A DNA stretch of 64,000 nt from Piromyces finnis finn (GCA_002104945.1 MCFH01000009.1:992001-1056000); one strand, 5' to 3'. Counted from the stretch's first letter, positions 41,301 through 53,206 are shown. Numbers and translations are program-made. The notes: generated from the letters alone by a model not told the origin.

Positions 41301-43876
41301 ATGATTCTAATAATGCTACAGATAATAATTCTTCTGGTAATACCACTTCAGATAATGATGCTCATGGTTTAAATTTTATTCTTAAATTATTCAACCGTAT
41401 TTGGGATGGAGACTTCCCCAACTCATGGAATGAATCCAGTATTGTTTCTATTCCTAAGAAGGGAGATTTGACAGATTGTGATAACTATCGAGGTATATCA
41501 CTTATCAATAATGGTATTAAGTTGATTTCCAAAATTGTCACCACTAGAATCTCAGAATATGGTTTAAAGAATAATTTCATTAGACCTGTACAATTTGGTT
41601 TTCGAAAAAAGGAAGAAAGTATCAGTCTTTTCATTTCAATCCAAGAAATATGCCGTAGACGTCAATTAGATAATAAAGAGACATATTTGGCCTTTTTAGA
41701 TCTCAGGAAAGCATACGATTCAGTCCCAATCGGTAATATTCTCCATAAATTAGATTGTTTAGGAATCCGAGGTAAAAGTTTACAATTTATCAAAAATTTA
41801 TATTTAACATCTAAGGCTAATGTCAAATTAGATGGACAATTCTCGAAATCTTTTGATGTGAAGAAAGGAGTTCGTCAAGGTTGCCCTCTTTCTCCTATTC
41901 TCTTTAATCTCTTTATTAATGATATATTTAAAGAGTGCGAAGATCTAGGAGTCAGTTTAGGTGACACTCGATGCTGTGGTGGACTTTTTGCAGATGATAT
42001 AGTTATTTGTGCTCCAACAAGAGGATGCTTAAAAAAGATGCTTAGAAGAGTTAATGAATGGGCATTGTATAATGAAATGGAATTTGGTATCCAGAAGTGT
42101 TCATCGATGGTGATTCGTCCTGAATCAATAGAAAATCAGAACAAGAGAGATCCAACATTTTACTTAGCAGGACAACCCATTCCAACTACTGATTGTTATA
42201 CTTATCTTGGTGCTCCATTTGATAAGAATTTGTCCCTTAAACCAGTAATTAAAGTTCTTAATAACAAGGTTTTGAAAGGACTTTTCTCAGTCAGCAAATT
42301 CTTAAGAAATCCTAATATTCCTATTCCTTTCAAAAAGCTAGTACTTAACTCACAAGTGATTAGCAGAGTTTCATACTTTGCACCATTACTTAGATCCAAC
42401 AAAGCTAGGTCTAGGATTGCTCAGAAGCATGTTAACAAAGGATTACGATGGGTTGCCGGAGTTCATAAAGCTGTATCGTTTATATCTTTATACTCTATCT
42501 CAAAAGATTTGAATATTCCTCCATTGTCAGCCAAATGTGCGTTAGCTCAGGTTAGATGTTTTAACAAATGGAAAAACTCAAATTGTATTATCTCACACCT
42601 TGTCAATTACATTCCTAAATTTAGAAAATACACGTGGTGCAAATCAAGTAGGACACTTGATAAAAAACTAAAGAAGCATGGAGATATTAAAGCAATTAAA
42701 AACTTTTATTGGAAAGATCTCAAAGGGAATTCAATCAAAGCGCAATATTATGATGATAATAAATTTATTGAAACTAAAGATTTTATTAAATTATGTTATG
42801 AATACCCAGAGTTTGCCTATGGCTTCTACTGGCTATTGAAAGCAAGAAGCGGATACAAGTTGGATGCTAGAGTTGCCAAAGCTGCTAAATTTATTGATCC
42901 AGTTTGTCCTAACTACTGTCCATGTTGCAAGTGTGGAGATCAAAGTATTAAACATTGGTTATTAGATTGTCCAACATTTAGAGATATCCGTATTAAACAT
43001 TATGATTCTATAGTCCATCTATTAAATTTTTTCAGTCAACGTAATTCCAATAGTCCTATCAATAATAATGAAATTGATAATGTCAGCAGAGATAGCAATA
43101 ACAGTAATAGTAATAGTAACAATAGTAATAATAACAATAGTAATAATAACAATAGTAGTAATAGTAATAATAGAAATAGTAATAATAACAATAGTAGTAA
43201 TAGAAATAATAATATTAGTAATGATAGCAATAGTGATGATAATAATTCTAATTTAGATAGTAATTTAGTTAATGATAGTAATAGTTCTAATAATCCGGTG
43301 AATATTGATGCGTATGATTATTCTAGTGTGTGCAGTAAAATATTTAAATTCCTTCTTGGGGGAAGAAGTTTTAACAATATTAATTACAATTCAAGGGAAT
43401 GGAAAGAACTTTGTAAGCGTCAGATTCAATCTGGTACTAATGAAGGAACACCATTCTTGACGGTAACAGCGGAACTTCTAACCAAAATCATGCCTTTTGC
43501 TATTGGCCAGCAATGGTCAATGTTCAAAAGGTTTGAAGCAACATCCAAGAGCGTCAATGCTGAAGAAACAGTAAGACAGGCCAGGAGGGCCAGCGCAACC
43601 AATGGAGATCATAATTTTGTCCCATGATAAAATTTTGATCTTTGGCTCGGTGTCCCATTGGAAGTCAAATACAATTATTATACTTTAGTATGATAGTGGC
43701 TTTCTTACTTTAATTAAAATTACTAGAATACATTATACCCAATTTTTATTCATTTGTGTTTATTTAAACATATTTTTTTTTTTTTATATTTAATTTTTTT
43801 ATTACATGTATTATAATTGTAATTAAATTAATAATAAAGTTTAAAATATTTGATGCCGTTAAAAAAAAAAAAAAAA
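38373..43876 (+). mobile_element. Full-length, apparently intact single-ORF non-LTR retrotransposon (LINE), 5504 bp: 716-nt 5' UTR, ORF, ~230-nt 3' UTR, 16-nt poly(A), flanked by an 11-bp TSD; clade not assigned
   Basis: TTCTCAGTCAG at 38362-38372 and 43877-43887; poly(A) at 43861-43876; uninterrupted 1512-aa APE-RT ORF. Confidence 0.93.
39089..43627 (+). CDS. LINE polyprotein: N-terminal RRM-like region, Q/S/N-rich linker, APE endonuclease, reverse transcriptase, CCHC zinc knuckle
   Basis: APE: SWNTNG, CFQETG, VGDFN, SDIDHAL, SDHKP. RT: KASGPDGIP, IPKKGDLTDCDNYRGISL, QFGFR, FLDLRKAYDSV, GVRQGCPLSPILFNLFIND, LFADD. C-x2-C-x8-H-x4-C at ~42917-42970. Confidence 0.96.
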   Translation: MSVLYIKDKNYIRRGTRSYGIPLDDIRSFFIRGIRSWSVNMLWEKLEVILEDKFNSVISVKYFQTFNDHFFLVKVHGSSKDCIKILHMLKKKLSVTSISFSARSRRNHKYTFSTLKRKILVSNKHQHSIQQSFQQSVQQSHQQSDLQLDLQQDLQQVSHHENIPDLQQIQFQSQHSTINSNSSINSDNSSIVDSFSVSQPSNNSSTYSSDASSINNDDFNNNNNSNDSSSSNKPDNFSFCLSWNTNGWNHEKRDSISYFTAIFKPLFLCFQETGNGSGSNTDYPCRVTLRNYRHFFKKADESVPGMRGLYLGFHNSCQASLENFSGKYIISIYTFSLWNRFKCSIGNVYMPHSHHNIYVDHAKLEVRLWLQTHSSHPSILVGDFNMSKVKLSNWLSTNGLGDWEILPLRGSTISWTRGDQSSDIDHALINSKMKDLIHSGSFINNFYPVSDHKPLLINGKIIPMEDFSNDFNVPKKILKWNRLKCIEEKESIISHNKFQILSAKFNDPNVSTDELSKEFTSTAFSIADELSITSANNVIKSSFHISQQIFNLQKIKMKLYKRFKKERIYDIDEFIKRIKIYRKLIDYIHKRCNEFRKQEYLHWIKTGCEYMKSHNPKKAWKWIKKTAKIGKDSFFIAQPIKNKNGELVVATEEQLDVWHDHFENLASDPSGVSLDLEHWYEEPTNKRFSLPMLDEWDINQDISIDEVKSAILSTPNYKASGPDGIPIEFYKALIPSSNDSNNATDNNSSGNTTSDNDAHGLNFILKLFNRIWDGDFPNSWNESSIVSIPKKGDLTDCDNYRGISLINNGIKLISKIVTTRISEYGLKNNFIRPVQFGFRKKEESISLFISIQEICRRRQLDNKETYLAFLDLRKAYDSVPIGNILHKLDCLGIRGKSLQFIKNLYLTSKANVKLDGQFSKSFDVKKGVRQGCPLSPILFNLFINDIFKECEDLGVSLGDTRCCGGLFADDIVICAPTRGCLKKMLRRVNEWALYNEMEFGIQKCSSMVIRPESIENQNKRDPTFYLAGQPIPTTDCYTYLGAPFDKNLSLKPVIKVLNNKVLKGLFSVSKFLRNPNIPIPFKKLVLNSQVISRVSYFAPLLRSNKARSRIAQKHVNKGLRWVAGVHKAVSFISLYSISKDLNIPPLSAKCALAQVRCFNKWKNSNCIISHLVNYIPKFRKYTWCKSSRTLDKKLKKHGDIKAIKNFYWKDLKGNSIKAQYYDDNKFIETKDFIKLCYEYPEFAYGFYWLLKARSGYKLDARVAKAAKFIDPVCPNYCPCCKCGDQSIKHWLLDCPTFRDIRIKHYDSIVHLLNFFSQRNSNSPINNNEIDNVSRDSNNSNSNSNNSNNNNSNNNNSSNSNNRNSNNNNSSNRNNNISNDSNSDDNNSNLDSNLVNDSNSSNNPVNIDAYDYSSVCSKIFKFLLGGRSFNNINYNSREWKELCKRQIQSGTNEGTPFLTVTAELLTKIMPFAIGQQWSMFKRFEATSKSVNAEETVRQARRASATNGDHNFVP

Positions 43877-44329
43877 TTCTCAGTCAGTAAATTCTTAATT
43901 CTTGACAGTAACAACGGAACTTCTAACCAAAATCATGCCTTTTGTTATTGGCCAGCAATGGTCAATGTTCAAAAGGTTTGAAGCAACATCCAAGAGCGTC
44001 AATGCTGAAGAAACAGTAAGACAAGCCAGGAGGGCCAGCGCAACCAATGAAGATTGTAATTTTGTTCCATGATAAAATTTTGATCTTTAACTTCGTGTTC
44101 CATTGGAAGTCAAATACAATTATTATACTTTATTATAATAGTGGCTTTCTTACTTAAATTAAAATTACTAGAATACATTATACCCAATTCTTATTCATTT
44201 GTGTTTATTTAATCATTTTTTTTTTTTTTAATTTTTATTTTTCTATTTTTTATTTTTAAATTTATTTTTTATGATGTATTATAATTTTAATTAAATTAAT
44301 AATAAAGTAGGTGCAGTTAAAAAAAAAAA
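43877..44329 (+). mobile_element. Right fragment of the older LINE copy, with a ~1.15-kb internal deletion, its 3' end and an 11-nt poly(A)
   Basis: 43877-43898 matches 42284-42305, then jumps to match 43453 onward (18 substitutions counted by eye over ~315 nt). It ends GGTGCAGTT(A)11 versus GATGCCGTT(A)16 in the intact copy. Confidence 0.92.
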
Positions 44330-44492
44330 TCTTGGTGGAATTTTAGCTTGTAATGAGCTACAAATAGATAAGATGGAACAAGGATATTTGAATGAACAAA
44401 ATTACAGTTCGTTGTCTATGTTCCATATATAGAGAATCTAGCGGCTTTTCTTATTAAAATAATTCTAATCATTAATAGCTCTATGAATCTAC

Positions 44493-44542
44493 TTTTTAAT
44501 AGGACATAAAGAATGTCAGTATTCTTTATGTCCTGTTAAAAA
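44493..44542. other. 22-bp inverted repeat with a 6-nt loop
   Basis: TTTTTAATAGGACATAAAGAAT-GTCAGT-ATTCTTTATGTCCTGTTAAAAA; the single mismatch is a U-G wobble in RNA. Confidence 0.8.
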
Positions 44543-46436
44543 AAACGTCTCCATGAAATTAAATTATAAAAGATATAATAAAATGCATAATATAATGAAT
44601 TTTATATTTTATTGATACGGAAAAAAGAAAATTTCTTAATTATATGCAGATTAAATAAAAATAATTAAATAAAATATAATATTAATAACTTTCATATAAG
44701 CATTAATGACTTATATATATATTATTGAATTTTTTTATTATCTATTTATTAAATATAAATATCTATATATTTATATATTCTCTATATCTAATCCTAATGA
44801 AGTAGAATTTGATATTATTGAGTTTTAATACAAATAAAATTTTAGATCCTTCTGAAAAGAGAAATAAACTTTTAATAGTAATAAAAAATGAATTACTTAT
44901 TTTGTATTATTTTAAAGGTAATACCTCAATTATTATAAAATATTATTAATAAATATATTACTATCATAATTTAATATTTACTTTAATTGATATTATTATA
45001 TTATTAATAAAGAAATATATATATATATATGTATATTTTTTTTTAATAAAAAACACCAAAATGCAAAATAAATAATTATAAAACCACAAATAATATTAAG
45101 ACTAATTAATATTTATTTATTATAATAGAATTATTATAATAAATAAAAGTTTATTAATATAATTTTTATTGATAATACTACTTAGTTTTAATTTCTATAT
45201 TCATTTATTAATGGTAAATAAAAATATTATAAAGAAAGATTAGTGATAAAAATATTGAGACTATTAATTAATAAATATTTAATTTCTTTTCATCTTCTAA
45301 TAATCATAATAGATATATTGGAAATAGAAATAATTGAAGATATCTACAATATTTGTAATTTTAAATTTTAAAATAATTTAAAAATTAATAAAAGATATAA
45401 CTATAATTCCTTTATTTAAGTGAATTATTTGGTAAATTAATTGGAATAAATAGTAAATTTGTTGATATAAAAATATTTTTTATTAATAACAGTATATCAG
45501 TTTTATATACTAGTAAATATATTTTATAAAGTTTTTAAGTTTTTGAATGTTTTTAAATATAAAATATCAAGTTTTTTTTTATAACAATGTGTTTATTTTC
45601 TGATATGATTATAATATTTATAAATCATATAATAATTTAAAAAAATGGAGTAATAGATTACTCGAAAGAAATCCAAAACAATTTCAGAAATCTTGGAATA
45701 TCTTACAATTTAATATTTTTAATTTAAATATACTGATATTAAAATCATATTTCATTGACAAGAAAAGTAGCGTATTTAATAACATTAAGTTTAGACTTAA
45801 ATAATATATAATAAGTTTTCTATTGAATTACTTAACTTTCTTTTAAAACTGTATTGTCCTTTTTTTTTATTGAATTTAATTAATATTTTTCATATATTTT
45901 AATTAGTCTAATATATTTTTATATTTTTATATATTATAAATTAATATAATATTCAATTGATAAAACAATTTAAAATTTATAATTTTAAAAATTATAGTGT
46001 TACTTTAATAAGCTAAATTTTTTTTTATTTAATTAAAATAAATTAATTATACTAAAACATGGAATTAATTATTAATTATTAATAATATTTATCATAGTCA
46101 TTTCTTTATATAAAAATTGATATTCTATTTTATTTTCATATTTTTTTTCTTTCCCTAAATACAACAAAGAGATATAAATAGTTTTTTAAATAGAATTATA
46201 TTAATATTTGTAAATTAATATATTGTTAGAGGTTTGTATTGTATAATAAATAAATGATATATGTTTAAGAAATAAAAATTAAAATATGTAATCAACTGAA
46301 ATTTTTATACAACAATGCAATAATTAAATATAAAATAATTTATATAATTAATAAATATAACAATTTTTTTAAAATAAATATGTAATATTAATTGTATGTT
46401 ATTATGTAATAAAATAATAATATTTAAAATTTAGAA

Positions 46437-49400
46437 ATGTCTCTTAGGAGGAGCGCAAGAATTAATGCTAAAGCCAATCAAACTAAACAAGGTACTTTTT
46501 TTCAAGATCTTGTTTTTACTTTATCACCAGCAACAAATATTAGTGTAGAAAATAGAATAACTAATAATGGTGGAAAAATTCAAAAAACTTATACAAAAAA
46601 GGTATATAAATAACTAAAATTAAAGAATTTATTAACTTTTATAAAAAAAAAAAAAAAGAAAATTTAAAATAACATACTCAGTTATTAAATTATGGAAAAA
46701 TAAAATTAAATGTATATATTTGGAAAATTATTAAAAGGTCAATTATTTAATTGCAACTAAAGAAGAATTAGCTGAAAATGAATTGAGTACAAAAATTAAA
46801 AATGCTTTAGATAATCCAGAATGTAAAATAGTTGATGAATCATACATTACAAATTGTATTAAGGAAAATAAATTGATTGATGCTGAAAGTTATATATTAA
46901 AACCTCCAAGCGAAGAGGAAAAAAAAACTCATACGCCGGTTATACCAAAGAGAAAATATACAAGAAAAAGTACAAAGAAAGATGGTGAAGAAAAACCTAC
47001 AAAAAGAAAAAGAGCAACAACTTCTAAGAATGAAAGTAAAGGAAGTACAAAAGAAAAAGGTAAAAAAGAAGTTAAAGAAGAAGATCCTATGGATGTTGAT
47101 GATAGTAAAAAGAAGGAAGAAGATGGAGAAGAAGAAGAAGAAGAAGAAGAAGAAATCGTTAAGGAAATTAGAAAAGGAAGAACTGTAATATATATAATAT
47201 AAATAATAAAAAATAATTTATTATTTGTATTGTTCATTCTAACTATAAAAAAATATATATTAAAATGAATAAGTATAATCTTAACTTTAATTTTAATTTA
47301 TTTCAAAAATATGATATAATAAATATACTAGGTTGTTGATCCAAATGTACCAAATAGTAATGTTAGTAAACAAACTCCATATTTAATTATATATCATTTT
47401 TTTTATTTTATTTAAATGTCATTACTAATTTTAAAATATTTATTTTATTATTAGGATTACCATGTACTTGAAGAAGGTGATGAAATTTATGATGCTATTC
47501 TTAACCAAACAAATATTGCAAACAACAATAACAAATTCTATAATCTTCAAGTTTTAAAGAAAGATAATAGTAATCAATATTGTTTCTGGACTAGGTAATT
47601 AAATATTTATTATTGGAAAGACATTTATTTTATATATATTATTAATTATTTTAAAAAAATAAGATGGGGACGTGTTGGTGAAAAAGGTCAATCAAGCTTA
47701 TTAAATTGTTCTAGTAAAGATATAGCAATATCAAATTTCAAATCTAAATTTAAGGATAAGGTATTATATATATTTAAAGTGTTAAAAAAATTTAGGGAGG
47801 AATTGATTGAGTAATCAATAAAAAATTTTACAATACATAAATAATTTAATTTAGACTGGTAATAACTGGAGTGATAGAAACAATTTTGTTAAGAAGAATA
47901 AGAAATATTTCTTACTTGAACGTGATTATGGTGTTACTGAGGAAGATGAAAAACGTATAAAAGAAAAGGAAAAAGAAATAGAACAAATAGATATTCCAGA
48001 TTCTAAATTGGATGAAAAGGTTCAAGACATTATTAAATTAATTTTTGATATTTCATTAATGGAACAACAAATGTCAGAAATTGGGTATAATGGTAAATCA
48101 TTAATAATATTATAATATATATAATTTAATATTGTAAAAAGTATTAAAGCTATATAAAATTTTTGTATTACTTTAGCTAAAAAAATGCCACTTGGAAAAC
48201 TTACCAAAGAACATATTAAAAAGGTAATAAAATAAAATAAAAAAAGAGCAAAAAAGAGTTTCATTGAAAAGTTATTATAATTAAATAAAATAATGTATAA
48301 TATAGTTTTCAAATATATATTAAACATTATAAAATAATTTATTTTGAAACTAGAGTTTTGCTGTTTTAAAGAAATTGGATGATGAATTGAATAATAAAGT
48401 TCCAAAACCGTAAATTATTATTTATATTATATATATTTATTTTTTTTATAAAAATAAAAATTAAAAATTAATTTATAACTAATTACATTTTTTTTTATTT
48501 AAGATCCGTATTATCTGATTTAACATCAGAATTTTATACTATTATTCCACACGATTTTGGAAGAACAAGACCACCAGTAATTAATACAAAAGTATTACTT
48601 AAAAAAAAAATTGAAATGGTAGAATCATTAGCTGATATTCAAATTGCTACTACATTATTAAAGAACCAAAAAGTTGAAATAACTGAAAATCCAATTGATA
48701 TGAATTATAAATCTTTACATTGTGATCTTACTCCATTGGATCATAATTCTGAAGAGTTTGAAATGATTAAAACATATGTTGCAAATACTCATGCTAAGAC
48801 TCATTCTTGGTATGAACTTGAAGTTGGTGAAGCTTACATAGTTGATCGTGAAGGTGAAAAAGAAAGATTCTTGGGTAACAAATATCCAGATAAAAAAAGA
48901 AAACTTTTATGGCATGGTTCAAGAATTACTAATTTTGCTGGTATTTTGAGTCAAGGTTTAAGAATTGCTCCTCCAGAAGTAATATATTTTGTTTATATAT
49001 ATATATATAATTATTCTTATTTTAAGATATATATAGGATAAATAATATATTATTATTAACAATAATAAATTAATGTATAATTAAAAAAATGTATGATATA
49101 CGTATTTTATTTAATAGGCTCCAGTTACTGGTTATATGTTTGGTAAGGGTGTTTACTTTGCTGATATGGTATCAAAATCTGCTAATTATTGCTGTGCTTC
49201 AAGTAATCATCTCGGTTTAATGTTGTTATGTGAAGTTATGACTGGTGAAGAAAATAATTTGCTTTATGCAGACTATAATGCTGGTAGTTTAGCTAAAGAA
49301 AATAATAAAGATTGTACAAAGGGATGCGGAAGAAATGCCCCTGATCCAACAAAATCAGCATATACAAAAGATGGTATTGAAGTACCATATGGTCCTGCCA

Positions 49401-49606
49401 TTGATGTTACACTTGATAAAGATGGTTCATTATTATATAACGAATATATCGTATATGATGTAGCTCAAATTAAAATGAGGTATAAAATATTATAAGTTAT
49501 ATTTTTTAATTTTTTATACAATTTTGTTTTAACAATTTTTTTTTTATTTTTTATTTTTTAATATAGATATTTAATAAAAATGAAATTTAATAAGCCAAAG
49601 AATTAA
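46437..49606 (+). CDS. PARP: Poly(ADP-ribose) polymerase, fungal PrpA/PARP2-like architecture (BRCT - WGR - regulatory - catalytic), multi-exon
   Basis: BRCT (ITNNGGKI...VNYLIAT...IVDESYITNCI); WGR (LNQTNIANNNNKFYNLQVL...WTR-WGRVG); regulatory (KKMPLGKLTK, FYTIIPHDFG); catalytic triad H (LLWHGS), Y (FGKGVYFAD), E (YNEYIVY). Confidence 0.96.
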
Positions 49607-49714
49607 ATTTAATAATTTATAATAATATTAAAAAATAATAAATTTAATGTACATATGTACATATTATTATGTAATAAGAATTCTAAATATAATGGTAAAA
49701 AATATTAGGAATCA

Positions 49715-49817
<103 letters not shown>

Positions 49818-50173
49818 AGTAAATAACAATATTTGAACATAAAAATAAAAATACTCTTTTAAAACGATATTAAATATATAAATATCATTTATGTAATTTT
49901 TATATTATCAGTGAATTAAATTATTAGTTATATTTAAAATGAATAAATGAATAAGTAAATGATTAAGAGGTAATAAATGTGTAATACAAAATCTTTCAAA
50001 TATAGTTTTTATAATTTTTTTTTTTTTTTTTATAACACCTTTATTTATAATTATCGATAATTAGAGTAATTTAAAAACAATACATAAATATTATTGACTT
50101 TCTAATGGTAGTAATAAATTATAAAAACTTGATTTCATATTACGAATTAAATGCATTTTATTTTTTTATTCAA

Positions 50174-52065
50174 TTAAAAATTTTCTTTATTAATTTTCCT
50201 ACCGAAGTGCTGTGAGTTTTTAAATTCAGCATATAAACTAAAAACAGTGTGCATACTCTCTATCAAATTTCTGTGATTTCGTTTTATTGATGACTTATTA
50301 TCAGTATCTGTAAGACTTTTTTGATTTGTGGTATTATTAGAATATACTGGTATATCAAGTATTGAACATACTAATTTACATATATCAGGTAATGGTAAAT
50401 CTAATTGACTGATTGAAAAATCGTTATCCTTATTTTTTTTTCAGTGTATTATAAGAAACATATATAGATAATTTTTTTAAATATAGACATTATATGAATT
50501 ATTAAATAAATAAACATATGTGAATTATTTTAGTGGTTTATAGGATAATATTTCATTTTATATATTAATATTTATATACATTTGAACTAAAGAATTCATC
50601 TATTTCTGGTGGCCATTCTGCCATTAAATCTTCAATATCTGCCATTCGCTTTGAATAAATAACACGATCAGATGGTTTTAAGGAATAAAGGTTTTGTGCA
50701 TTTTCTACCCATTTAGTTAATTCCTTCATACCTTCTATACCTTCTTCAGAATCGTTAAAATTCAAATTAATAGAATATACATTCTTATTATTTTCATCTG
50801 ATCCTGTAGATAATAAAGACGCACGTAATTCTAAATCTAATACTAGATTTATTGAAATATATATATATATAGTGTGTGTTAATATTATATTAATAATATA
50901 TAATGGTAAATATATATTATTACTAATATATATTTACATGCAGGATCAGTTTGCTTTGCTACAGGCTCATCTAAAACTTTTGTACCAAGCTCACATTCCA
51001 TATCTTTATCTTCTTGGTTTGGTTTTGGAATCTAATATATCAAATATATATGAATAAACATTAAACAAATAATTATTTTTATAACATTATGTTATTATTT
51101 AAAGTTTTTTTTTTTACTTTAATAATAGGATCTATATCACCAACTGCTGGTATATAATCTGGAATAAAACATTTAAGTTGGGGTATAAGTGTAAATTCTT
51201 CTGGTTGATAGGTATTAATATATATAAATAATTCTTTCATTTCGTCTGTAATGTTATCCCTATATTGTATAAATTAATTAAGGTTAAAATAAATGTATAT
51301 ATGTGCATTATATTGTTATTGTGATATTATATACATTTTATCAATTAAAAGCTTATCTTCGTCCATTCTTTTTTTACGTTCCTATATGTAGAATGATTAT
51401 ATATTTATTAATGTACTATTTTTATAATCAAATACATTATATTATAATAGCTTTTTTACATCAATATTAATATCATTGTCAGAGTCGTCTGCATCACTTA
51501 ATAATTGTCCACCAAATGAACTTTTCGCTTTACTTTTTAATATATCACTAGCATCTATATCATTATTACTATCTTTTCTTCCATCGTTTTTTGTTTGTCT
51601 AATAGAAATTGATTCACTAGTTCTGTCATCTTGATCCAATGTATTCATTTTATCAATAATTGACATATTCTTTCTTTCTCTGAAATGAAGATTATCATCA
51701 TCATCATCTTCATCATCTTCGTCATCGTCATCATCATCTTCATTTTCGCTTTCAAGATTATCATCTAGATCATCATCAGTTGTAGTAAATTCGTTTTTAC
51801 TTTCATCCTTAACTATAAAAGTAATGATATATCATTGTTTTATATTTATATTTTAATTAATATATAATTTTATTTTATTATTTTATATGTTGATTAAAAT
51901 ATTGTCATGAAACCAATTTTTATATATTTTATATAGAATTTAACCGGTATATTAATATACGTTAATGTTGTTTATGTATGTATATTTATTATTACTAATT
52001 TTACCTGAATTAGTATCTTCTGTATATTCGGATAAATCTTCTTTTTCAAATTGGTTTAAATTCAT
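50174..52065 (-). CDS. IFT46: Intraflagellar transport protein 46, multi-exon
   Basis: Acidic N-terminus; LKCFIPDYIPAVGDIDPIIK; LGTKVLDEPVAKQTDP; MADIEDLMAEWPPEIDE; VCSILDIPVY...FSLYAEFKNSQHF. Confidence 0.93.
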
Positions 52066-53206
52066 TATTTTATAATATTATAAGTATATTAAGCTATTTT
52101 CTAGAATGTGATTTATATTAATTTTATTTAATTATTATATAATTTATTTTCTTATTTATAATCTATAAAAGTAACAGATTAAATATTACAAAGTAATATT
52201 CAAATATAATAATTCTTTTTATTTTATTAACAGAATTTTAAAATTATTTTAATTAAAAATGTACTATAAATAATACTTATAAACTTTATTTGATTATTTA
52301 ATTATGTGTTAATTTTATATATATTTCTAATATTTCTAAATATCATCATTTTATGAAATTTCTATTTATAATAAAAAATACATACTAATATATAATAGAT
52401 ATTTTTAAATTTAATCATCAAAAAATACTGCTTTCCTTGTAATACAAAGAGAAAAATTTTTAATTAAAACTCAGATACAAAAAAAAAAAAAAAAAAAAAA
52501 TATTGAAATTTAATATAGTATACATAATTAAACATTTGACTAATAAAACAATACATTTTTATATGTATTCATAAGCTTTTTAAATAATAAAAAATTAACA
52601 TTATAAAATAATAATGAAATAATATATAAATGCTTATAATTAATAGGATCATCCATCACTATTATTTTGAAAGTATTGTCATATTGTCAAATTAATGATT
52701 ATTAGAAAAAATTAAACAATACTATACTACTTCTCTTTTTTACATTTCTATTTAATTTAAATAACTAGATTTATATATTACATTTTACAAAGAAATTTGT
52801 AAGTAATTTTTATTTATATAAACTTTAAAATGTATGTAATTAAATGTTACACTAAAATTATATATTATAACTATTATAAATAGCTTATTAAATTAAGATA
52901 ATAATGAAATATAAAAGTTTATCGTTAAATGGCTACAATAGTTATATAATCATATTTTATAATTTATTTTAAACTTCATTATTATTTTTTTTTTATTATT
53001 TATAAATATTGTTTTGTTTGTTGTTGATATTATTATTATTATTTTTTTATTTATGATATTATTATTATTTTTTCTGTTTAAATGATAATTTTATAATATT
53101 TTCAAACAAATTTAATTAAAATTTCAAATATTATTGTTTTATTCTATTCATTGTTCCTTTAATTTTTATAATAACGGAATCATTTTTTTTAAAAGATTTT
53201 ATTTAA

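Noticed and set aside
43575-43665. HDV-like fragments on the minus strand (AATGGGAC, GGCCCTCCTGGCC)
   Set aside because: The elements are in the wrong order for an HDV fold and are probably coincidental.
46437-49606. PARP next to the LINE as a possible anti-transposon module
   Set aside because: It has the standard fungal BRCT-WGR-PARP architecture, and adjacency alone is not evidence of a functional link.
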